This document shows positions 1 through 7,948 of a stretch of 17,845 bases of DNA, one piece after another; within the stretch, counting starts at the first letter, position 1, and each line of letters opens with the position of its first letter. The DNA is from Candidatus Latescibacterota bacterium. GTDB lineage: Bacteria; Latescibacterota; UBA2968; UBA8231. The notes under the pieces were generated by a model that did no database searches, had not been told where the DNA came from, and was given only the letters and a program-made list of their open reading frames with translations. The stretch covers positions 1-17,845 of the forward strand of contig CBDBIJ010000060.1 in assembly GCA_965205655.1 (NCBI GenBank). The letters run 5' to 3'. The translations under genes were made by a program, and so were the position numbers.

Positions 1-432
1 CGACGAGATTTCGAGGAAGACGAAGACGTTGAAGGCGTCCCCGGTGATCACCATTCCGAGCAGGCCCGTCAAACAAAGCAAGTAGGCCGCGTAGAAAAGG
101 TTCTGGCGAACTCCCGGCATCTCTTTGCCGATACTGGCGGGCGCGTAGAGGATGACCACCGACCCAATGAGAGAGACGAGAACGAGCACGAAAGCGTTGA
201 CGGCGTCGACGCGGTACTCGATTCCCCAGGGAGCGCTCCAGCCGCCGATGGCGTATGAGATCACGCCGGTTTCCATGACGCGACACAGCAGCTGGATCGA
301 CATGGCCAGACAGGCCCAGCACACGAGCACGGCGAGAACCCAGGCCGCCGTGCGGCGCCGGACGATAACGCACAGAGGCGCCCCGATGAGCGGCACGACG
401 ATCTGCAGGATCGGCAGGTGGGTGTCGATCAC
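1..432 (-). CDS. mrpD: Mrp/Mnh cation/H+ antiporter subunit D (N-terminal 144 codons; continues beyond the left edge)
   Basis: Not in the ORF track. Manual translation from GTG at 432, overlapping the mrpC stop (GTGA): MIDTHLPILQIVVPLIGAPLC...YAIGGWSAPWGIEYRVDAVNAF...LTGLLGMVITGDAFNVFVFLEISS. GGW.APWGIE and TGD.FN.FVFLE are MrpD/NuoN-type motifs. Confidence 0.93.
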   Translation of the reverse strand, partial: MIDTHLPILQIVVPLIGAPLCVIVRRRTAAWVLAVLVCWACLAMSIQLLCRVMETGVISYAIGGWSAPWGIEYRVDAVNAFVLVLVSLIGSVVILYAPASIGKEMPGVRQNLFYAAYLLCLTGLLGMVITGDAFNVFVFLEISS

Positions 433-785
433 GACTCTGCATCCTGGGCGATGATCTCATCCTCCTCAATCGTGCCGTATGTCTCTCGAATGCGAATGAT
501 GAGGGCCATGCCCATGCCGGTGGTGGCGATGCCGACGACGATGGCGGTCAGGATGAGGACGTGGGGCAAAGGGTTCGAATAGGTGGCGCCGGCCCCCGCG
601 ACGATCGGAGCCGTGCCGCCGAACACCTTGCCCATGCTGATGTAGAGGATGAAGACGGACGTCTGAAAGATGCTGAGCCCCACCATCTTCTTGATGAGGT
701 TGCGCCGGGCCATGACGATGTAGAAGCCCGTCATCATCAGGAAGATCACGATCCAGTAGTTGTAGAGCCCCGGAAGATCGCTCAT
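429..785 (-). CDS. mrpC: Mrp/Mnh antiporter subunit C
   Basis: 118 aa hydrophobic protein with NLIKKMVGLSIF and NPLPHVLILTAIVVG motifs; ATGA overlap with mrpB. Confidence 0.95.
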   Translation of the reverse strand: MSDLPGLYNYWIVIFLMMTGFYIVMARRNLIKKMVGLSIFQTSVFILYISMGKVFGGTAPIVAGAGATYSNPLPHVLILTAIVVGIATTGMGMALIIRIRETYGTIEEDEIIAQDAES

Positions 786-1201
786 TTGCGGCCACGCCCG
801 GCGAAACAGTAGAACGTGGAAATCATAACTGCGGCGACGGTGATGCCGACCCCGAGCTCGACCAGAAGGATACCCAGATGCTGGCCGTGAACGGGGTCGT
901 GGGACAGCACGCCGTAGTCGAGAAAATTGCCGCCCATAAGAATGCCGGCGACGCCGGTACCGGCGTAGAGCAACACGCCGAGAGCGACACAGAACTGGAT
1001 CACGTTCGGGTGCGCCACCCTTTTGGCCTCCTCGATGCCCCAGACCAGGGTGTAGAGCACGAAGGCGGCGGCGAATATGACACCCGCCTGAAAGCCTCCA
1101 CCCGGTCCGTAGTCGCCGTGGAACTGCACGTAGAGGGCGAACAGGAGTATGAAGGGGATGAACAGTTTGGCGATGACCCTGAGTATGATGTTGTCGCTCA
1201 C
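782..1201 (-). CDS. mrpB: Mrp/Mnh antiporter subunit B
   Basis: 139 aa with the HGDYGPGGGFQAG MnhB signature and ELGVGITV; GTG start overlaps the upstream stop. Confidence 0.95.
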   Translation of the reverse strand: MSDNIILRVIAKLFIPFILLFALYVQFHGDYGPGGGFQAGVIFAAAFVLYTLVWGIEEAKRVAHPNVIQFCVALGVLLYAGTGVAGILMGGNFLDYGVLSHDPVHGQHLGILLVELGVGITVAAVMISTFYCFAGRGRK

Positions 1202-1743
1202 GGGCCGCTCTCCTTCCGCGGCGAGCGGAAAGCGCTGCCGATCAACAGCAGCAGGCCGACTCCGGCGGTGAAGATGACGGTAGTCTCGCCGAGGGTGTCG
1301 TAGCCCCTGTAGCTGGCCAACACGGAGGTCACCATGTTGGGCACGCCGATTTCGTTCGGTGAATCCTCGATATAGCGCGGGGCGACGTGCCGGTGAATGT
1401 ACGCGTTCGGATCGCCGTAGCGGGGCATGTCGAGGGTGGCGTAAAGGAGCAGCCCGCCGGTGGCGATGACGACGATCAAGGGACCGGGTGAAAAGCGCTC
1501 CGCCTTCTTCTCCTCGCTCGACGTCAGCAGCAGCGTTCCGAGCATGATGACGGTCGCCACTCCGCCGACGGCCGCTTCGGTGAAGGCGACATCGACGGCG
1601 TCGAGGACGACGAACATGCTTGCCGACATGAGGCTGTAGAAGCCGGCGACCATGATGATGGCGAAGAGATTGCGCAGCCGGGCCACGGTAACGGCGAGGA
1701 CGGCCATGAAGAGCAGCAGAAGGATGTCGACGAACTCTACCAT
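1198..1743 (-). CDS. DUF4040 / MnhB-related subunit (stand-alone equivalent of the MrpA C-terminal region)
   Basis: DAVDVAFTEAAVG and PNMVTSVLASYRGYDTLGETTVIF motifs match the MrpA C-terminal part. The ATG at 1743, 7 nt after the mrpG stop, is preferred to the ORF-track start at 1773, which lies inside mrpG. Confidence 0.9.
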   Translation of the reverse strand: MVEFVDILLLLFMAVLAVTVARLRNLFAIIMVAGFYSLMSASMFVVLDAVDVAFTEAAVGGVATVIMLGTLLLTSSEEKKAERFSPGPLIVVIATGGLLLYATLDMPRYGDPNAYIHRHVAPRYIEDSPNEIGVPNMVTSVLASYRGYDTLGETTVIFTAGVGLLLLIGSAFRSPRKESGP

Positions 1744-1750
1744 TGGAGCT

Positions 1751-2074
1751 CTAGGCGTCGTCCTCAGCGACAACCGGCTCGAGCCCGGACGAGCGGGCAG
1801 CTTTGGCGATCGCGTGTGTGGAGGTCGGGCTCGTGAGCCAGAGGATGGCGAGAATCATGATGAGCTTGACGGTAAGCAGCGACAACCCCGCCTGGACCAT
1901 CAAACCCAAGAGCACGAGAGCCGCGCCCAGCGTATCGGTGATGCCGGCGCCGTGCATGCGGGCGAAGAAGTCGGGCAGGCGGAGCAGGCCGATGCCGCCG
2001 ATGACGCAGAACAACGATCCGGCGACGAGGCAGACCCAGCTGACGATATCGACGACGGACATCTGCCCCATCAC
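1751..2074 (-). CDS. mrpG: Mrp/Mnh antiporter subunit G
   Basis: GLLRLPDFFARMHGAG.TDTLG and TSPTSTHAIAKAA motifs. Confidence 0.95.
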   Translation of the reverse strand: MMGQMSVVDIVSWVCLVAGSLFCVIGGIGLLRLPDFFARMHGAGITDTLGAALVLLGLMVQAGLSLLTVKLIMILAILWLTSPTSTHAIAKAARSSGLEPVVAEDDA

Positions 2075-2358
2075 GCCCTCGCCCGCTCTTCCTTCTTATC
2101 GCCGACGGCGAAATCTCCGCAGGCTACGTACTTCAGCACCGCGATCGTGGTGATGAAGTTCAGGAAGACGTAGATCAAGGCGAGGTCGATGAAATCGGGG
2201 CGCTCGGTCAGGAAACCGATCACGGCGATGAGGAGGACGGTCTTGGTGCCTGCCATGTTGACCGCCAGGATGCGGTCGTAGGTCGTGGGTCCGAGCACGG
2301 CGCGCGTGAGGGCGAGGACGAGCGTCACCAGGATGGCCGCCATGGCGGCGGTGAACAT
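2071..2358 (-). CDS. mrpF: Mrp/Mnh antiporter subunit F
   Basis: 95 aa with three hydrophobic segments; RAVLGPTTYDRILA and DLALIY.LNFI motifs. Confidence 0.95.
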   Translation of the reverse strand: MFTAAMAAILVTLVLALTRAVLGPTTYDRILAVNMAGTKTVLLIAVIGFLTERPDFIDLALIYVFLNFITTIAVLKYVACGDFAVGDKKEERARA

Positions 2359-2834
2359 CAGCTCTCCCCCTCGGCTCTCGTGACGCGCCGATCCATATCT
2401 CCGCTTTCCAGGTCTTCGGCGGTTCCCCGCGTCAGCGCGTGGACGGTGAACTCGTCCCCTTCGACGTCGACGGTGACCGTGCCCGGCGTGAGAGTGATGG
2501 AGTTGGCGTAGATCACCCGACCGAGATCGGTTTTCTGGCTCGTCTTCACTTTGATCAACCGGGGGCTGATCGGCAGCCCGGGATTCAGGATGCGCAAAGC
2601 GATATCAATATTCGACTTGAAAATGGCCCACACGAGCCATGGTACGTAGAAAACGAGACGGAACAGGAGATGAACGGGATGTCCCTCGGCATCAGCCACA
2701 TTCATCCGCTTCGCCGTGAGGGCGACGAAGACAGATGAGACCACGCCGAAGGCGATCAGCAGCGAGGTGTAGTGGCCGGACCACAAGAGCCATACGGCCA
2801 TTGAAAACACGGCGAGGCTCAAGACTCGACCCAT
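2358..2834 (-). CDS. mrpE: Mrp/Mnh antiporter subunit E
   Basis: From ATG at 2834 (MGRVLSLAVFSMAVWLLWSG...), 158 aa with the ANSITLTPGT signature. The extra 177 N-terminal aa of the ORF-track call are spurious. Confidence 0.93.
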   Translation of the reverse strand: MGRVLSLAVFSMAVWLLWSGHYTSLLIAFGVVSSVFVALTAKRMNVADAEGHPVHLLFRLVFYVPWLVWAIFKSNIDIALRILNPGLPISPRLIKVKTSQKTDLGRVIYANSITLTPGTVTVDVEGDEFTVHALTRGTAEDLESGDMDRRVTRAEGES

Positions 2835-2907
2835 GGTGATTCCCGAATGGTGAAAGCCCGCTCGGAAGCGCTTGGCCAACGCCAAAGCGGGCGTAGACGG
2901 CTGTTGC

Positions 2908-2945
2908 AGAAATCTCGAAGAAATCTCGACTCGAAGAAATCTCGA
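2908..2945. repeat. Three copies of the 11-mer AGAAATCTCGA
   Basis: Exact copies at 2908-2918, 2919-2929 and 2935-2945, with CTCGA between the second and third. Confidence 0.9.
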
Positions 2946-2957
2946 AAGGTTCGATTT

Positions 2958-2988
2958 TGCGGTAATCTGCGGTAATCTGCGGTAATCT
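2958..2988. repeat. Perfect tandem repeat (TGCGGTAATC)x3
   Basis: Copies at 2958-2967, 2968-2977 and 2978-2987, plus T at 2988. Confidence 0.95.
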
Positions 2989-3013
2989 AGGGCTCTTTGA
3001 AACGGAAAGTCAA
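2984..3013 (-). promoter_or_regulatory. Candidate sigma70 promoter of the mrp operon
   Basis: Minus strand TTGACT (3013-3008), 18-nt spacer, TAGATT (2989-2984); about 150 nt upstream of mrpE. Confidence 0.5.
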
Positions 3014-3029
3014 GACGAAACCAAGGCTC

Positions 3030-3059
3030 TTGTTCAGCCCTGGTCAGAGGACGTATCTT
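3030..3059 (+). promoter_or_regulatory. Candidate sigma70 promoter for the TIM-barrel/amidase genes
   Basis: TTGTTC (3030-3035), 18-nt spacer, TATCTT (3054-3059). The same -10 hexamer occurs upstream of mmsA; the -35 is weak. Confidence 0.3.
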
Positions 3060-3117
3060 GGCCTGCCAAAACACCGATTCCGATCGTCTCGACCATCTGA
3101 CAAGCGAGGCATGAAAA

Positions 3118-4012
3118 ATGGCAAAGGCGAAAGCGAAAGTTGAGAAGCCCGTACTCATCCAGTCCTGCAGTCTCGGGAGCCTCATGGGCTTCGGGGATAA
3201 GAAACGGGAGTGGACGATCCCACAGAAACTGAAACGAATCAAGAATGCCGGGTTCGAGGGATTCGTCGGACGAGTCCACATGTTGCCCGCCAGCGAGGTA
3301 GAGGAATCGGGGCTCATTTTCGCCTGTACGACGGATATGGGCGGACACAAGGAGGTGGAGCCCAAGTTCAGGAGGATAAAGCGCTACGGCGCTCGGGTCG
3401 TGAACGTGCAAATGCTCGATCACGATACGCCGACGAAGGAGGCGGTGTCCCTCGCCCGCCGGGTGATGGCGGTGGCGGACAAATTCGAGATGGATGTGTC
3501 AATCGAAGTGCATCGTGACACGTGTACGGAGACGCCCGAAAAAGCCTACGCTCTCGCCGAAGGGTTCGAGAAAGCGGAAAAACAGCCACTCAAGATGACC
3601 TGGGACTTCTCCCATCCCGCGGTGGTGAAGCACCTCAACCCGCCATACTACAAGAGATTGATCGAGCGGCCTGATCTGGTGCAACTCGCCAACCAGTTTC
3701 ACCTGCGTCCCTTCAACGGCCACCACGCCCAGGTGCCGGCGCTCGGTCCGGGGGGGAAAGCTGACGCCCGAGTTCAAGGACTTCATGGAGTTCGCCGAGC
3801 AGCTTCTGGGCCTGTGGCTCAAGGCGGCGCCGCCGGGCCGCGAGCTGTTCGTCTGTCCCGAGCAGATCGCCGGCGGGTATTTCCTGTCCGTATTCGCAGA
3901 CCGCTTCAAGGACGTGAAGGCGGTGAGGGCGGAGATGCAAAAGGCCTGGAGGCGCCAGCTCAAGAAATGGCGCCCGCCGCGAAAGAAGGCGCGGCGCAAG
4001 CGACGTCGGTAG
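3118..4012 (+). CDS. Xylose isomerase-like TIM-barrel (sugar phosphate isomerase/epimerase family) protein; apparent frameshift at G7 3750-3756
   Basis: Metal-ligand motifs IEVHRDTCTE, TWDFSHP and FHLRPFNGHH. Removing one G joins ORF 3118 to the 3785 frame (..GPGGKLTPEFKDFMEFAEQ..FVCPEQ..), giving 297 aa and restoring the C-terminal CPE motif. Confidence 0.8.
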
Positions 4013-4029
4013 TTCCGCATGCCTGATCG

Positions 4030-5351
4030 ATGACGATTGCGAGTGGATCCAGCTCGCGGGCTGCGGATCTGCCGAGCCACATTGAGGAAATCTTCCAGCG
4101 AATTGCGGAGCTGGAAGGATCAATCCACGCGCTGCTTCCCGAAGAGGGCAGACGTGAGCGACTCCTCGGCCAAGCCGAAGAGCTGCTGGCCAGGTATCCG
4201 CAGGCGGGAAAACGTTCCGGTCTGTTCGGCACCATTCTCGGCGTCAAGGACATCTTCCACGCCGATGGCTTCGTCACCCGGGCTGGCTCGAAGCTGCCGC
4301 CCGAGCTGTTCGAAGGCGGAGAGGCCGACTGCGTCACGAGTCTGCGGCAGGCGGGCGCGCTCGTCCTCGGCAAAACGGTAACAACGGAGTTCGCTTCATT
4401 CGCCCCCGGTCCCACCCGTAATCCGCACAGCCTCGACCACACGCCGGGTGGCTCGAGCAGCGGCTCGGCGGCGGCCGTAGTGGCGGGATTCTGCGACCTC
4501 GCATTCGGCTCGCAGACGGGGGGATCGATTTCTCGCCCAGCTTCCTTTTGCGGCATCTACGGCTGGAAGCCGACCTACGGCCGCATCGACAGGAAGGGTG
4601 TCCTGCTCGTCTCGCCTTCGCTCGATACCCTCGGTCTTTTCGCCCGTAAGCTCGTGCCGATTGGGGACGCAGCCGCGCTACTGTGCGACGGCTGGCGCAG
4701 CGACGTGTCTCCGCCTCAGCCGGTGCTGGGCGTGACCGAGGGACCGTACCTCGACCAGGTTACGAAGGGAAGGCCGTGACGAGTTCGAGTCCCAGGTGAA
4801 GGTGCTGCTGGGCGCCGGCTACGAAATCGCGCGCGTGGAGGTGATGAGCGATATCGAGAATATCATCGCACAGCATCGCAGGCTCATGGCGGCGGAGATG
4901 GCAATCGAGCACGCAAACTGGATCGATCCTCACGAGGGCAGCTACGCCGCCATGACGGTGGCGTTGATCAGGGAAGGACAGAAGGTGAGCACTGAAGAGT
5001 TGGAGGCTGCCCGCTCGGGACGGAAGACACTGCGCGACGAGCTCGAGAAGACGATGCGGCACGAAGGCGTGGATCTGTGGATCAGCCCGTCGGCCCCCGG
5101 CCCTGCGCCCGAGGGGGATCGAGCAAACCGGCGATCCGGCCATGAACAGCCCCTGGACCCACGCCGGGATGCCCACCATGTCCATTCCGGGCGGTAACGC
5201 CCCCAACGGACTGCCGCTCGGATTCCAATGTGCCGCGATCTCCTCCACCGATGAAGAGCTGCTCGTCTGGTCAGAAAAGCTCGGTCGGCTGCTCGCACGA
5301 CCCCTGAATCGATCCATACAGTCGATAGAGTCGATCCGGGAAATGTTGTGA
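4030..5351 (+). CDS. Amidase-signature family enzyme; two apparent frameshifts (GGG 4767-4769, G5 5113-5117)
   Basis: GVKD (catalytic Lys), HTPGGSSSGSAAAV and GSQTGGSISRPASFCG. Removing one G at each site joins ORFs 4030, 4796 and 5142 into 439 aa (..QVTKEGRDEFESQVKV.. and ..PAPEGIEQTGDPAMNSPWTHAGMP..GLPLGFQ). Confidence 0.88.
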
Positions 5352-5361
5352 TCGCAGGCAC

Positions 5362-5390
5362 TTCCGATCGCACCTGTCACCCGTTATATT
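5362..5390 (+). promoter_or_regulatory. Candidate original promoter of the PhyH gene, now separated from it by the IS
   Basis: TTCCGA (5362-5367), 17-nt spacer, TATATT (5385-5390), in an AT-rich patch just left of the IS. Confidence 0.35.
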
Positions 5391-5416
5391 CTATTGATAT
5401 CTCAGGACATACACTA

Positions 5417-6669
5417 GTGGTTCAACTAGGTAGCAGTGCGGGGTAGAGACGCTTGAGCTTGATTCGTGCATCCGCCGTCGTGAAATGCCAATTGATGACG
5501 GGCGGGTTTTCGAGGCGCTCCGTGAGCCAGGCCTTCACGTGTTTTCCCAACTGCTGGATCGTCGCGATGCGACGATTGAGACATTGCCGAAAGAGCACGT
5601 TCAGTCCGATCTCGGCCATGTTGAGCCAGCTGCCGTGTGTCGGGGTGTAGTGGATGTCGAGTTTGTCAGCGATGCGCTTGGCTTCCTCCGGTTCGAAGAC
5701 CTCGTAGAGGGCCGCCTTCTTATGAGTGCTCAAGTTGTCCATCACCAGCGTGATCTCCTCCGCCTCAGGGTAGTGGACGTCGACGAGATCTCTGACGGTG
5801 TGAGCCCAGTCTCTCATCGTGCGCCGTTCGCTCACTCGGACGTGGGGAGCGACCCGTGAAGGGCTCCAGCATCATGAAGACGTTGGCGACCCCGTTGCGG
5901 ACGTATTCATGGTGATACCGTGCCGGACACCCAGGCGCCACCGGCAGGGGCCGCTGCGTTTCGCCGATCAACTGCTTGCTTGTCTCGTCCAGACAAACCA
6001 ACGGGTGCTTCGGGTCGTACGGCCATTGATAGACATCCAACACGTCCTCCATCGCGCAGACGAACTCGGCACTGGGTTTGCCCGGCAGGCACCACATCTC
6101 CCGCCGCCAAGGCTTCAGCTCGTTTTTTTTAACGTCTTGCGGACCGTTTCCGGGCTGACACTGTCAACCAGCTCCAAGGCCACGAGGCGGTCTGCCAGCA
6201 GCTTCAGGGTCCAGTGCTTCCTCCCATCGGGGGGCTCACTGCAGGCCAGAGCCACCAGATGGGCTTCGGCTCTGCCGTCGATCTTGTTCGCTTTCCGATT
6301 CTTCTGCTCGTTGCGCAGCAGCGACGCCTCGAAGCCCTCTTCCACAAACCGCTGGCGCAGACGCTCCACTGTGCTCGGATGCACGTCGAGCGCGTGCTCG
6401 ATCTGCTCATCGGTCCAGTGCTCACCATGCGGACCCTGGTCCGTCTTCAGCAGGATCCTCGCGTGCCGTTGTTTGTAGGCCGCCGCCTTCCCCCTCGAGA
6501 TCAAACCGCGCAGATGAGCTCGCTCCTCTGCTGTCAGCGTGACGATGTACTTCTTCTTAGGCAATGTCGATCTCCTCCTCTCCTGACAAAGGGGCCTCAG
6601 GAGAAGGATACGAGCCCCGGCCTCAAAACGCTAGTTCCAATGTCCCGCAATCCTAACTGGATGAACCAC
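5417..6669 (-). mobile_element. IS630-family insertion sequence, 1253 bp
   Basis: TA duplication at 5415-5416 and 6670-6671 (reconstructed target ACTAGT). Terminal inverted repeats GTGGTTCAACTAGGTAGCAGTGCGGG (5417-5442) and the reverse complement of 6644-6669, GTGGTTCATCCAGTTAGGATTGCGGG, match at 21/26. Encloses a DDE transposase. Confidence 0.95.
5422..6564 (-). CDS. IS630 transposase: HTH orfA plus DDE orfB joined at a slippery A8 run, with one extra apparent frameshift at 5844-5847
   Basis: TTG start at 6564 with a strong GGAGG Shine-Dalgarno. OrfA has ACSEPPDGRKHWTLKLLA. A -1 shift at A8 (6123-6130) gives LKKNELKPW. DDE residues lie in VCLDE, VMDNLSTH and SWLNMAEI. Removing one base at 5844-5847 restores EPFTGRSHVRVSERRT. 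Joined product about 380 aa; the stop lies inside the terminal IR. Confidence 0.92.
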
Positions 6670-6694
6670 TAGTTCAGAGGGGCAGACCGAAAGC

Positions 6695-7573
6695 ATGTTG
6701 ACGAAGGCGCAGGTCGAGGAGTACGGAGTAAAGGGGTACATCGCCGTGGGAGGCGTGGTTTCCCCCTCCGAAGTGAAAGAATTACAGGATGTTACCGACG
6801 AATTCGTCGAGAAATCCCGAGCGGTAACACAACATACCGACGAGCTCGAGCTCGAGCCCGACCACACGCCGGAGTTTCCGAAGCTGCGGCGGGTGGTCAA
6901 ACCGGCAGAGAACCACCCGGTCTACGACAGGGTGTTGCGGCGGCCGGATATCCTCGACATCGTCTCCCAGCTCGTGGGCACAGAGGCGGTGCGCAGCAAT
7001 GGCTCCAAGCTCAACATGAAATCTGGAGAGATCGGCAGTCCAGTGGAATGGCACCAGGACTGGGCCTTCTATCCCCACTCGAACGACGACCTGCTGGCCA
7101 TCGGCGTGGCCATCGATGATATGACAGTGGAAAACGGCTGTCTGATGGTTATTCCCGGCTCCCACAAAGGGAAGATCTACGACCACCACCAGGACGGTCA
7201 CTTCGTGGGCGCGGTCACCGAGTCCGATTTCGATGATTCGGCAGCGGAGCAGATCGAGGTGCAGGCCGGGGGCATATCGATTCATCACGTCCGCACCCTT
7301 CACGCCTCCATGCCCAACAGGTCGGCGCAGCCGCGGCGCCTTCTACTGTTGATGTACTGCTCCGGCGATTCGTTTTCTCTCAGCTCCGGCCCCGGCCAGG
7401 CGCAGGATTGGGAGGTGTATCGGGCGACGTTTCTGCGGGGACAACCCTCCCAGAACATCCGCGTGGAAGCCTGTCCCGTGCGATTGCCGCTCCCCGAACC
7501 GCTGCGACCGGGATCGATCTACGAAAACCAGACTGCTTTGAGAGAGTCGACGTTAAACAGGGCGGCGAGCTAG
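6695..7573 (+). CDS. Phytanoyl-CoA dioxygenase (PhyH) family Fe(II)/2-oxoglutarate dioxygenase
   Basis: WHQD (HxD), NGCLMVIPGSH, distal His in TLHAS.PNRS and Arg in PRR; GAGGGG RBS at 6677-6682. Confidence 0.93.
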   Translation: MLTKAQVEEYGVKGYIAVGGVVSPSEVKELQDVTDEFVEKSRAVTQHTDELELEPDHTPEFPKLRRVVKPAENHPVYDRVLRRPDILDIVSQLVGTEAVRSNGSKLNMKSGEIGSPVEWHQDWAFYPHSNDDLLAIGVAIDDMTVENGCLMVIPGSHKGKIYDHHQDGHFVGAVTESDFDDSAAEQIEVQAGGISIHHVRTLHASMPNRSAQPRRLLLLMYCSGDSFSLSSGPGQAQDWEVYRATFLRGQPSQNIRVEACPVRLPLPEPLRPGSIYENQTALRESTLNRAAS

Positions 7574-7715
7574 GCGGAACCGTCCTCGAGTCCGTCTGTC
7601 GACGAGGAGCCTGTTGAAGCGGGCTCCTATGACTCATCTCCCTCCCCCACACGCCCCTCTCGGATTGCAGCTCCCCGGTCTTGCGGGCACGTGCAGAAGT
7701 GCGAAGGCTCGAAAC

Positions 7716-7940
7716 ATGCCGTCGATAACGTATTACCTCATCGGGAACCCGCTCGTAGCACTCGGCCTCGCCCTGTTGATTCTGCTGTGTATCTACAACG
7801 TCTTTCGGCGCCAGACCCGCATCGCCATGGGACTGTGGTTTCTCATCACCATCGTCCTGTTCTACGTCCATGCGCAGGTCGCCGATGAGCGGCTACCCGA
7901 AGACGCTGAAGAGCTCCCCGTCCCCGAGCTCAGCGAGTAG
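7716..7940 (+). CDS. Small hypothetical membrane protein (74 aa, two TM helices, acidic tail)
   Basis: From ATG 7716: hydrophobic PLVALGLALLILLCIYNVF, basic loop RRQTR, hydrophobic IAMGLWFLITIVLFYV, then an acidic tail. Ends 8 nt before the next ATG. Confidence 0.7.
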   Translation: MPSITYYLIGNPLVALGLALLILLCIYNVFRRQTRIAMGLWFLITIVLFYVHAQVADERLPEDAEELPVPELSE

Positions 7941-7948
7941 GCGCGCCG

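Noticed and set aside
1..2834. Mrp operon order E-F-G-DUF4040-B-C-D without a full-length mrpA as a novel system
   Set aside because: This split-MrpA arrangement is a known Mrp operon type, and further D/A-like subunits probably lie beyond the left edge.
2908..2988. Possible CRISPR array
   Set aside because: Units are 10-11 bp, directly adjacent, with no unique spacers and no cas genes in the window.
2835..3365. 177-aa N-terminal extension of MrpE in the ORF track
   Set aside because: It runs through the promoter repeats and antisense to the TIM-barrel gene. MrpE similarity starts at ATG 2834, which gives the normal size.
3757..4026. C-terminus ADARVQGLHG...VVPHA of the 302-aa ORF
   Set aside because: It is out-of-frame read-through after the G7 run; the family-like C-terminus is in the 3785-4012 frame.
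3118..5351. Calling the TIM-barrel and amidase genes true pseudogenes or phase-variable loci
   Set aside because: There are no nonsense codons or motif decay, G3 and G5 runs are too short for typical phase variation, and the shared extra-G pattern suggests sequencing error.
7584..7608. Weak inverted repeat TCCTCG...CGAGGA after the PhyH stop
   Set aside because: Only a 6-bp stem with a long loop and no U tract, which is not enough to call a terminator.
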